Shown piece after piece: positions 1-7,796 of a DNA stretch of 17,694 nt. Where the stretch lies: positions 1-17,694 of the forward strand of contig JBEKKX010000044.1 of the NCBI GenBank assembly GCA_050010515.1, given 5' to 3'. The notes beneath the pieces are model-generated. The model was not told the origin of the DNA, ran no database searches, and saw nothing but the letters and a program-made list of their open reading frames with translations. A program made the translations under genes and the position numbers. Each line of letters starts with the position of its first letter. Within the stretch, counting starts at the first letter, position 1. The stretch is from Candidatus Bathyarchaeia archaeon (GTDB taxonomy: Archaea > Thermoproteota > Bathyarchaeia > Bathyarchaeales > Bathycorpusculaceae).

Positions 1-18
1 ATTACAGAAAGCACGCGA
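1..18. repeat. 18-bp terminal direct repeat, left copy (ATTACAGAAAGCACGCGA)
   Basis: Identical to 17677-17694. Confidence 0.97.
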
Positions 19-121
19 TGCATTAAAATGGCTAGACCAACTTGGCGACACCGAAGGCCTCAAGTACCTAGTGCTGGAAGACGAAGGCATCCCACAACGC
101 ATCCTATTCAAAATATCCTAA
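2..121 (+). CDS. 3' part of an uncharacterised protein whose 5' part is at 17369-17694
   Basis: Frame 2 reads LQKARDALKWLDQLGDTEGLKYLVLEDEGIPQRILFKIS, stop TAA at 119-121. It continues the ORF at the right end in frame across the 18-bp overlap. Confidence 0.85.
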   Translation, partial: LQKARDALKWLDQLGDTEGLKYLVLEDEGIPQRILFKIS

Positions 122-343
122 AGCGCCTATGTGAAGCCAAAAGAAGCAACAACTATAATGGGTATGTCTAATGAATTTACCAATTTCTTATTCTCTCAAG
201 TTGCAAAGTTAGAACTTAAGCTATCAGAATCAACTACTCAAGATATGTTCAATAGCCTTAACAACTAAACATTAACTTAATTTCGGGACAAGCTAGTGCG
301 CTAAGAGGAATAGTTATGAAAATTTTTGGTCGTAATTGTTAAG

Positions 344-973
344 CTAGAATTTGAAAGAATACCACTTCTTAATTTCTTCCACGCTATCTGGGGATTTATT
401 GAATTCGGACAACATGCATTCTATAGATTTGGGGCATCCGAAGCATGTTTCAGGTATTACTTCTTCTTTGTTTCTTTGACTGAGGTACCCAAAATAGTAT
501 GGACATTGAACGTCCGAGGACTGACACGTTTGTTCTTTAACTGTTTCTTGGTGCTCATCGCTAGTGCCCAGGCTGAAAGGCGTGTCATAATCGGAGCCCA
601 TTATGCCAGACTTTTTGTTTAAAGTGATTTCTACTACATTGGGCTCTTCCATTTGAGCCGGCTCTGTTGTTTCCAAAATCTCTTTTACTTCAGGTTTTTC
701 CTTTGATGTTAATTCATTATCGGTTGTTGCCTGTTGGCTCGTTATTGCTTTCGGCTCTTGGTTTTTGTCTTGTTTACTTTCTTTTTGCTTTCTCAGTGTT
801 ACCTGCTTTTTTTCCAGTACAGGTTTTTCTCGAGTGAGTGGGTCAAAACTCTTAGATTTCAAGTCGACCAATGTTTGACAGTTAGGGCATACATAATACT
901 TGATTATTTTAGGTTTGGAGAAGCCTCTGTTGCAATTGGGATTGGAACAGTAATATCGTTTTAGCGCGCGCAT
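344..973 (-). CDS. Cys-rich putative zinc-binding protein: N-terminal zinc ribbon, charged linker, C-terminal Cys cluster
   Basis: Motifs CSNPNC...CPNC and CPYYFGYL...IPETCFGCPKSIEC. The ORF track starts at TTG 1000; ATG 973 is preferred because it overlaps the upstream stop (TAATG). A paralog lies at 16671-17035. Confidence 0.8.
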   Translation of the reverse strand: MRALKRYYCSNPNCNRGFSKPKIIKYYVCPNCQTLVDLKSKSFDPLTREKPVLEKKQVTLRKQKESKQDKNQEPKAITSQQATTDNELTSKEKPEVKEILETTEPAQMEEPNVVEITLNKKSGIMGSDYDTPFSLGTSDEHQETVKEQTCQSSDVQCPYYFGYLSQRNKEEVIPETCFGCPKSIECMLSEFNKSPDSVEEIKKWYSFKF

Positions 974-1143
974 TATATCAACCACAAGGGTTCTTGCCAA
1001 TCTCTACTTCTACTTTTCAAGGTGTGTTGCTCAAGCCAATTTTTTTTAAGTGGTTGTCTGGAGCCGTGATTTAAAATGATTATTTGCGTCTCTGCTTTTT
1101 GAGCAAATAATACCTCTTTTTTGTTGTTAGAATATACCTTCAT
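973..1143 (-). CDS. possible 56-aa hypothetical protein
   Basis: MKVYSNNKKEVLFAQKAETQ...QEPLWLI. AGGTG SD-like motif before the ATG; its TAA overlaps the next ATG. No recognisable domain. Confidence 0.35.
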   Translation of the reverse strand: MKVYSNNKKEVLFAQKAETQIIILNHGSRQPLKKNWLEQHTLKSRSRDWQEPLWLI

Positions 1144-1582
1144 TTCAACACCTTCAGCGCGAGCTTTCCACGCTTTTTTCTGAGGAATAGTAACAATTCA
1201 AGAGTGCATTTGCGGTTTCTTGGGAGTACCCAGAATTCACGAGTAACCTAATAAGCTGAAGTTTTGCTTTGCTCACATGCTACACCTAAACATATATGCA
1301 GTATTAATATATAATAATGGTTATTTCGTTCAGAGAAATATATCCAAAATCGACATATCACTTTCCGCGTTAAACTAATTTTTAAGTAAATTCACCCGTG
1401 GGGTTTGGGTTGGGGACTAAATTTTAATCCAATCCAAGACTCCGCAACAAAGACAGAAAGTGTCAATAAAGCCCATAGTCACTGTAACTTCAATTGGGCT
1501 CACATCAAACTCCATGAACTAATTCCAAAAAGCCTTGAAGATCCTGCTTTTTCTTACAAAGGTAAAAAAACAAAAAAGTGAG

Positions 1583-3133
1583 CTATCTTTTGGGTATTCT
1601 CTTTCTGATAAATACAATTGATAATAGTATTACTACTGCAAAAAGCGGCAGAATTATCCACGTTGGAAGTTCTGGAACGGTAGGTGTTGGTGAGGGCGTT
1701 GTGTTTGTTGAGGAACTTGTTGTTGAAGCGGGGGTAGGTGATGGAGTTGAGGTTGGAGCAGATGTAGGATTTGGCGCAGAAGTCGGAGCAGCAGTTGATG
1801 CAGGTGTGGGCGTTGGGTTAAGTGCAAACGTTGCTGAGATTGTAGTTGCTCCCTGAATGTTTTGGACAGTATAAGAGCTAACAGCGCCAACAGACGTCCC
1901 ATTCACAAAGACATCAGCGATGTAGTAACCATAACTCGGTGTTATAGTGAAAGTTTGACTGCCATCATAATTAACGATGATAATGTCACCCGAAATAAAA
2001 CCGACGTCGTCATTAATTCCACTTGGTCTAATACCGCCGCCAGTGCCAAAGGAAAAAATAACAAAAGTTGGGGCTTGAATATTCGGGGAATCTAAAAAGG
2101 GAACAAAGCAAACGTTACCCAAGTTGAAATCGTCCTTGTAATCGTAAATTGTTTGGTTAATCGCTTGAGTATCAATTGTCCCCCACCAATTATACGTGGC
2201 ATTAATGTCATTTGAAATTTTTGATAAGATATTGTAATTGCTATTATTGCAGATGTTGTTGTCAAGAATTGTTGTAGGAGTAGGCACTTCTGAATATGAA
2301 GTGAAGTATATTCCATTAGTGTTGTTTGTGATAGTGTTACTTTGAATTAACGGGGTCAGAAACGTTGCGCCAGAAAACGCAACGATTTCAATACCGTAAG
2401 TATTGTCAGCAATCAAGTTTCCTTCAATTAGCGAAGTAAAGTTACCAACAACCAAACCAGCCTCTGTATTTATCGTTATTCCTTCTGAGCAAGCAGTTAT
2501 CGTATTGCCAGAAACAGTTGCATTTGCATCAGGAGTTATGATAATTCCTTGACCCATAGATCCTGATGGAGAAGTTACAGTGTTATTCGAAACTGTTCCC
2601 TGCCCCTCAATATCTAATCCACCGTAAATGAAACAGTTAGAAATTGTTGCATTTGCATTCGTACTAATTCGACCATAAATTGTATCATTATTAATTTCTG
2701 GCGAGTTATACATGACCGTGAAGATTAAAAGATTTGCATTCTCAATTATGCAGCCAGTACCTGTGGATTGGTTCCAATCAGCAGCAAATTGAGTAAAGAC
2801 AATTTCCGCGCTATTATCACCATTAATAAGGATCAGGTTTTGGCTGCTACCGATTGCTTGTAATGTACCGTTAACTGTCATGTGATAACTGTTAAGGTTT
2901 ACAAAAACACCTGGCTCGATTGTTAAGGCAACACCATTGTTTACAAGAACATCCACTGTAAGGTTATATGGACTTTTTGCTTGCGTCCAAGTAGTGTCTA
3001 CTCTTATTATGTCAGTGACGTTTGTACCGCTCTGAGCTGTGCCAAAATGCAAAGTAGTAACTCCAACCATCGTGGATACTAAGAGTGCCAAGATGAATGT
3101 TAGTGCTAATGCTGTTCTTTTCATAAGCACCAA
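1583..3133 (-). CDS. cell-surface protein: signal peptide, parallel beta-helix region, Pro/Thr linker, C-terminal membrane anchor
   Basis: Basic-hydrophobic N-terminus; Asn/Ile-rich beta-helix-type repeats (IEGNLIADNTYGI, IQSNTITNNTNGI); NATYNWWG motif; PTPT-rich linker; VPELP + TM helix + RKR tail resembling a PEF-CTERM-type sorting signal; many N-x-S/T sequons. Confidence 0.88.
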   Translation of the reverse strand: MVLMKRTALALTFILALLVSTMVGVTTLHFGTAQSGTNVTDIIRVDTTWTQAKSPYNLTVDVLVNNGVALTIEPGVFVNLNSYHMTVNGTLQAIGSSQNLILINGDNSAEIVFTQFAADWNQSTGTGCIIENANLLIFTVMYNSPEINNDTIYGRISTNANATISNCFIYGGLDIEGQGTVSNNTVTSPSGSMGQGIIITPDANATVSGNTITACSEGITINTEAGLVVGNFTSLIEGNLIADNTYGIEIVAFSGATFLTPLIQSNTITNNTNGIYFTSYSEVPTPTTILDNNICNNSNYNILSKISNDINATYNWWGTIDTQAINQTIYDYKDDFNLGNVCFVPFLDSPNIQAPTFVIFSFGTGGGIRPSGINDDVGFISGDIIIVNYDGSQTFTITPSYGYYIADVFVNGTSVGAVSSYTVQNIQGATTISATFALNPTPTPASTAAPTSAPNPTSAPTSTPSPTPASTTSSSTNTTPSPTPTVPELPTWIILPLFAVVILLSIVFIRKRIPKR

Positions 3134-3170
3134 TTAATAATATGTTCAACTTTCCCTTAGGTTTTGTGAT

Positions 3171-3210
3171 ATTAGGCTATTTCTACGTTATGCAGATTTA
3201 AGACTTATCT
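3171..3210 (-). repeat. module repeat copy 1 (promoter-like element)
   Basis: ATTAGGC-TATTTCTACG-ttatgc-AGATTTAAGACTTATCT, upstream of the 516-aa gene. The minus strand contains TATA-like TTAAAT with purine-rich sequence upstream. Confidence 0.92.
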
Positions 3211-3237
3211 CTCTAAGTTTCCAGCTTACCGAGACCA

Positions 3238-3723
3238 TCATAGCGACTTTAACCAAGGCTCATTCAAAACTTCATCAATCAATGCCTTAGTTTCTTCGAT
3301 TCTTTTTTCATGTGCTTGAGACTGAATGCTATAATGTTTACGAGCATCTGGGCTACTGGTTTCCTCGAAAGCGTCTTTTGCATCTCTAACTCTTGTTCCT
3401 TCATAGTCAGTTCCTTTGATTTTCCGATAGACATTAGTTAGCTTAGTTAATTGTTCCGAATCTAAGAGTTCAAGCTGTCCACTAGCAACGGCTGAATCCC
3501 AAATATCTGGATAAAGTTTGGGGGCATCTTTAGTTAGACTGTTTTTCAGTTCATTTAGTTCACATGATAAATTTTTTAACAATTCTTTTTTTGCTTGTTG
3601 TTCTTTTCTCCAATCAATTACTCTGTCAAGCATGAAAGCTAGAAAAACTCCTGAAAATGTAACTATCAACTCAAGAGCTAAAGTAACTTGATTGATACTT
3701 TCAGACATATTGTTAGCTTTCAC
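3238..3723 (-). CDS. hypothetical protein, N-terminal TM helix plus helical soluble domain
   Basis: 161-aa ORF (alternative ATG at 3708), TM segment VTLALELIVTFSGVFLAFML. It fills the space between repeat copies 1 and 2. Confidence 0.8.
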   Translation of the reverse strand: MKANNMSESINQVTLALELIVTFSGVFLAFMLDRVIDWRKEQQAKKELLKNLSCELNELKNSLTKDAPKLYPDIWDSAVASGQLELLDSEQLTKLTNVYRKIKGTDYEGTRVRDAKDAFEETSSPDARKHYSIQSQAHEKRIEETKALIDEVLNEPWLKSL

Positions 3724-3733
3724 TTTAGCTCAG

Positions 3734-3766
3734 TATTTCTACGCCATGCAGATTTAAGACTTATCT
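3734..3766 (-). repeat. module repeat copy 2
   Basis: TATTTCTACG-ccatgc-AGATTTAAGACTTATCT, just upstream of the GTG at 3723. Confidence 0.92.
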
Positions 3767-3858
3767 TCATGGAAACTTAGCAGTATAAGTAAATAGAGGA
3801 CCTAAGACAAAACTAATAAACTCTTTAAAGGCTTATTCTTAAAAGGAGAGAAATATAG

Positions 3859-4050
3859 TTATCATCCGATAGTCTCGGAGCTATTATTGGGATAATCGTT
3901 ACGGTATTTGTCGTGCTTCTACTAGGATACGTCTTTACTTTAGTGCTTCTACAACTTAGTTTATTAGCAGCGATTCTTTTTGCCATTTTTATCGCAATAT
4001 TGCTTTTTGCTATAATAATTGGGGTACTCAGAGGGTCTAGTGGTCGCTAA
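3859..4050 (+). CDS. 63-aa two-TM membrane protein lacking an N-terminal canonical start (TTA)
   Basis: Open frame LSSDSLGAIIGIIVTVFVVLLLGYVFTLVLLQLSLLAAILFAIFIAILLFAIIIGVLRGSSGR. AAGGAG about 10 nt upstream; TAA overlaps the next ATG. Absent from the ORF track. Confidence 0.55.
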   Translation, partial: LSSDSLGAIIGIIVTVFVVLLLGYVFTLVLLQLSLLAAILFAIFIAILLFAIIIGVLRGSSGR

Positions 4051-4259
4051 TGTCAAAACAACGAAATGAGGAGATTACAATAGCTGTAATAGTGGTTACT
4101 CTTCTTGTTGGTTCTCTTGGTGCTTTTATTGCCATATTTGTTTCAAGTTTAGACGCAACAACCAAAAACATAAGTTATGTCGTCATAGCTTTGTTTATCT
4201 ATGTTATTTGGAATGAGTTACATAAGAGATTTTTCTTGATACCACAATCAAAGAAATAA
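4050..4259 (+). CDS. 69-aa two-TM membrane protein
   Basis: Two hydrophobic helices and a basic tail; TAATG coupling with the upstream ORF. Confidence 0.7.
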   Translation: MSKQRNEEITIAVIVVTLLVGSLGAFIAIFVSSLDATTKNISYVVIALFIYVIWNELHKRFFLIPQSKK

Positions 4260-4290
4260 TGCTTTTTTGGTTCATTTTTTGCAATGTTTA

Positions 4291-4326
4291 AGGCTATTTC
4301 TACGATATACAGATTTAACACTTCTT
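4291..4326 (-). repeat. module repeat copy 3 (slightly degenerate)
   Basis: AGGC-TATTTCTACG-atatac-AGATTTAACACTTCTT. Confidence 0.88.
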
Positions 4327-4407
4327 GACGAGAGAATATACTTAGGTAGCACTTTCATTTTCTATTTCTATAGAACAACAACAGCAACCGATATCAGTAA
4401 CAAGGTT

Positions 4408-4551
4408 TTAGTAGCGTCTACGCATACGGTCTTCATTTTTGTAATACTTTGCTTGTGCTTCATTCTTGTCTATTTCGGATTGACAGACCTTACAATACCC
4501 ATCAACTGGAATGCTAAAATGGTCAGCACCACACTTTATACATTTACCCAT
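4408..4551 (-). CDS. 47-aa CxxC...CxxC zinc-finger microprotein
   Basis: MGKCIKCGADHFSIPVDGYCKVCQSEIDKNEAQAKYYKNEDRMRRRY. AAGGAG upstream; downstream of repeat copy 4. Below the ORF-track size cut-off. Confidence 0.7.
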   Translation of the reverse strand: MGKCIKCGADHFSIPVDGYCKVCQSEIDKNEAQAKYYKNEDRMRRRY

Positions 4552-4585
4552 TACTCAGATTCTCCTTTTCTTAGTCCCATTCACC

Positions 4586-4625
4586 ATTAGGCTATTTCTA
4601 CGCTATTTAGATTTAAGACTTATCT
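4586..4625 (-). repeat. module repeat copy 4
   Basis: ATTAGGC-TATTTCTACG-ctattt-AGATTTAAGACTTATCT; 37/40 identical to copy 1, with all differences in the 6-bp middle. Confidence 0.92.
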
Positions 4626-4777
4626 TATGAAAACTTGGGTTAAACTATGTTTTAGAGTAGGTCAAGAACTTTCTTAGGGATCACGTAGTTCTTTCCATAG
4701 TATTTTCATGTTACCTTATTTTTAGCGTTAGCGATAAATATACAGCGTGTAGTACTGAATATTGAGAGGAATGAACA

Positions 4778-5332
4778 ATGGAACTTGATGTTTGCATTAA
4801 AGGTAGGAGAAGTGTTAGAAGTTATACGGATGAGCCTGTTTCGAAGGAACAAGTTGAAGCTGTTCTGGAAGCGGGCATTTGGGCTCCAACAGCTATGAAT
4901 AGGGAGCCTTGCAAGTTCATAGTTATCGAAAATAAAGAGGTAATTAAGTGCGTCTCTGATGAAACCAAGGTTTTGGTCAAGCAAAGGTTTCCTCCTTTAG
5001 CCAAGCAATTCTCTACAGAGGCAGATGTAATCTGCTATAATGCGCCTGTTCTCATACTGGTATGTACAGAAAAAGACCAGCAATGGGCTAACATGAACTT
5101 AGTGGACAGCGTTCTCGCAGCGGAGAATATGTTTTTGAAGGCGTATGAGCTTGGGCTTGGAACCTGCTATATGGGTTTCGTTTCATTACTAAACAGCAAG
5201 CCAGACGTTCTCAAAAAGATTGGAATCCCTGAGAACTATGACATGATGGTACCCTTAATCTTAGGGCATCCCAAAACAAAACAAGAAGCAAGAAAGAGAA
5301 CAAAACCGAATATCCTGAAATGGATTAAGTAA
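4778..5332 (+). CDS. nitroreductase family protein (FMN-dependent)
   Basis: RRSVRSY, APTAMNREP and AAENMFLKAYELGLGTCYMG family motifs. Confidence 0.95.
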   Translation: MELDVCIKGRRSVRSYTDEPVSKEQVEAVLEAGIWAPTAMNREPCKFIVIENKEVIKCVSDETKVLVKQRFPPLAKQFSTEADVICYNAPVLILVCTEKDQQWANMNLVDSVLAAENMFLKAYELGLGTCYMGFVSLLNSKPDVLKKIGIPENYDMMVPLILGHPKTKQEARKRTKPNILKWIK

Positions 5333-5862
5333 CTACGGCGAAGCAACCTAAACGGGTTCCAAATATTCTCATGAAAAGAAACGGTTAATCAGTTTAGGTT
5401 CCATCAACCTCACGTTTGGGAAATTTCAATAATCCTTTAACTTGGTTAAGTTTCGATAGTCAATCATTGATGGATTCATAGTGATTCTTTCTTTCTCCAT
5501 TTCAAACCGCTTCTTGTACAGTAACTTATTTTCTTTCTAAGAAAGTCTTACATTACCCAAAATAAAGTTAAGTCCAGAATCAGTGCTTCAATATTGAACC
5601 AATTTTCTTTCTCCTAACCCATTTTGGATTTTCTTTTAGTGCTTCCGTTTTTGATGATACAAAATCCAGTTAGATGCTTGTCGTGAAATATTTCAGTGAT
5701 TCTATAATGATTCTCGACTCTTCCCTTGTTTTCATCTGGAAACTCCGAGTTAGTCTCTGGAAACAAGAGGCATGTAATACGTAAATACAGCGACAAAACC
5801 TTTCCAGCTCAAAATTCAAGGAAGTTGCGGAATAGAAAACCGTTTTAAGTGGAAAGGAACAA

Positions 5863-6324
5863 TTGGGTGTTATGCCAAAAATTGATGTTCTTGATGAAGC
5901 CGTCATAGATGCCCCGCCTATAGTATTCTACAGGGCTCTTTTGAACGAGTACTCAGGGGTCACACGTTGGTGGATGCCTTATTTTGAATTCAAGCCAAGA
6001 GGGGATATGCCAATGGACCATGAAGGTGCAATTTTTGACATAACTATTCATGATAAAATGACACTCAAGTTTTCTGTCAAGATTACAGAGATTGTGGAAG
6101 CCAAATCGATAGAAGAGGAGTATGCAGGTGAGTTTGTAGGAACTGGAAAATGGACATTTGAGCCAACCACAGATGGAAAGACAAAGGTGCAATTTCGAGT
6201 GAATGGCGAAACCAAGAAACTATCTTTTGTTCTTCTCTCTCCATTCGTGGACATGGGAAAAAAGCATTCAGTCGTGATTCAGAAAGGATTCAAGGCATGT
6301 AACAGTTACCTGTGCAAGAAGTAG
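5863..6324 (+). CDS. SRPBCC/START-like (polyketide cyclase/dehydrase) family protein
   Basis: IDAPP..FYRAL...RWWMP N-terminus, GTGKWTFEP strand and C-terminal helix. The real start is probably ATG 5872. Confidence 0.8.
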   Translation: MGVMPKIDVLDEAVIDAPPIVFYRALLNEYSGVTRWWMPYFEFKPRGDMPMDHEGAIFDITIHDKMTLKFSVKITEIVEAKSIEEEYAGEFVGTGKWTFEPTTDGKTKVQFRVNGETKKLSFVLLSPFVDMGKKHSVVIQKGFKACNSYLCKK

Positions 6325-6785
6325 CTTTTTCGGGAAAAGAACCATTAGCATCAATTAAAATAATATCTGTAGTTGTAGGCATTTCTAAACCGTTAAAGTA
6401 CCGTTTTATGTACTCTGTTGTGTAAGTGCCTAGAATCTGTTTTGGTGTACCGTTCTCAATCATTACTGTTCTATTACTTTTAACCATTAAACCGTTGTCT
6501 AAATCTCATAACTAAAAAGTCCGCGAAAGTCCCTGTTCGTCCCTTCGCTCCCAAAAAGTCCCAAAAGTCTCAAAAAGGCATTTTTGCTATTGAACACACA
6601 AGGTTAAAAACAAAATTAAAAAACTGAAAACTGCAATTGGCCTAAACACACACTTTTTAAAAATGTTAAATCTAAAGTTCATAGAAAATTACGCAATAAA
6701 ACTGGTTAAAGAAAGCTTACGAGTCTGAAAAAAAAAGATGGTGGAATAAGGCGCTTTTGCGGTGTTTATCAGTGTCTTTTCTTTG

Positions 6786-7439
6786 CTAAGCTTCTATGCT
6801 TGTCTTTTTGCTCATGGCAACTCCAGTGGCTACTTCTGGAAATTGCTCCTTAAGCCTCTTCTCTGCAGCTAACTCTGCTTCCTCTAAGATTTTTTCTGCG
6901 TCTGCGTTTACTGTTCCAATATTCACCTGCATTTCTGTGGATTGGTTAGTTGAGGTCACTATGTCCGTTAGCAGACTTCCGATGTTTTCGAGCTCCTGAC
7001 CTGCCTCAGGCAAAATAGTAGACATCCCAGAATGAATATTGTTTAGCACACTTGCCGCTGGAGCTAACACTGTAACTAAATCGCCAATTTCTGAAACTGT
7101 GCTGAGACGCATAGACACGCTTTCCAAAGCAAGCGACTCCTGCATCAGCATTTTCTCTACTTTGCGTATTTCCCAGAGTTCGCTGGCAAAGATGTTCGCC
7201 CGTACATTATCCCTATCTGAGAGGGCTTTCACAACACATTGGAAGAGGGCAGCATCACGGTTCTCGAAACGTTTTACTGCGCTATCCAACGTTTTAGTTT
7301 GAACGTCTAAGCGTTGAATAACCAGACTGATTTGTTCTTTAACATTTTCGGAAGGCTTGCCGAGGCTTTTGATCTTCGATGAAAGAGACGGCTGCTCTCT
7401 TTCTTTATCTTTCCATCTATCAAAGAATTTGTTAGTCAA
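6786..7439 (-). CDS. cdvB: ESCRT-III/Snf7-family protein, CdvB1/B2-like
   Basis: Helical Snf7-type core (RANIFASELWEIRKV; LALESVSMRLSTVSEIGD; ILPEAGQEL) and tail AEKILEEA...LKEQFPEV. No C-terminal winged-helix extension. Confidence 0.88.
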   Translation of the reverse strand: MTNKFFDRWKDKEREQPSLSSKIKSLGKPSENVKEQISLVIQRLDVQTKTLDSAVKRFENRDAALFQCVVKALSDRDNVRANIFASELWEIRKVEKMLMQESLALESVSMRLSTVSEIGDLVTVLAPAASVLNNIHSGMSTILPEAGQELENIGSLLTDIVTSTNQSTEMQVNIGTVNADAEKILEEAELAAEKRLKEQFPEVATGVAMSKKTSIEA

Positions 7440-7796
7440 GATAGAGTTCTCCTAAGTTTACTCACTCGTTTTCACCTTAGGAAATAAAATATAAAAGAAT
7501 GTTTGAAATGATAAGTTAAAACTCGACTCCCAGAAGAACCTCATTTTTAATTTTCTTTCTAAACAATTAACTGGTTGAAAGGTTTTTTCACATTGAATTT
7601 AACTAACACTCAAGGGAAACTCAAGTAATTTGTATTTAAGCTACTCTGATAGGTACGTCGCTGCTCACAAAAAAAATTATTTTTTCCAACTGTTTTAGGC
7701 ACTTTAACTATTTAAAAAAAACCGTTTTCCTTGAGGGAAGGAAGTTTACTTTTTATATAAGGGGGAAGGAGTGCCCTGAAGGTAATAGAAATTTCC

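Noticed and set aside
131-268. 45-aa plus-strand ORF after the junction-spanning gene
   Set aside because: Short, no motif and no clear SD.
1399-1415. G-rich tract as a G-quadruplex
   Set aside because: Only three runs of three or more G.
1417-1515. 32-aa minus-strand ORF (MEFDV...MGFI...LDWIKI) echoing bits of the nitroreductase
   Set aside because: The matches are 3-5 residue fragments and would require implausible multiple deletions; probably chance.
3171-3177. ATTAGGC as an integron attC R' box (GTTAGGC-like)
   Set aside because: It lacks the invariant GTT, has no paired R''/L boxes or hairpin, and is complete in only two of four copies.
4267-4590. 107-aa plus-strand ORF
   Set aside because: It runs through repeat copy 3 and is antisense to the better-supported zinc-finger gene.
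3171-4625. CRISPR array reading of the four repeats
   Set aside because: Intervals are about 300-560 bp and contain genes, the repeat middle varies, and there are no cas genes.
5420-5906. Minus-strand ORF fragments (5614-5796, 5670-5906)
   Set aside because: No recognisable family. Possibly decayed coding DNA, but not supportable.
6290-6487. 65-aa minus-strand ORF
   Set aside because: It overlaps the end of the SRPBCC gene and has no motif; it may be a fragment, but is unsupported.
6514-6527. 14-bp match AAAAAGTCCGCGAA shared with ~17508-17521
   Set aside because: One copy is inside a CDS and the match includes an A-run; no supporting structure.
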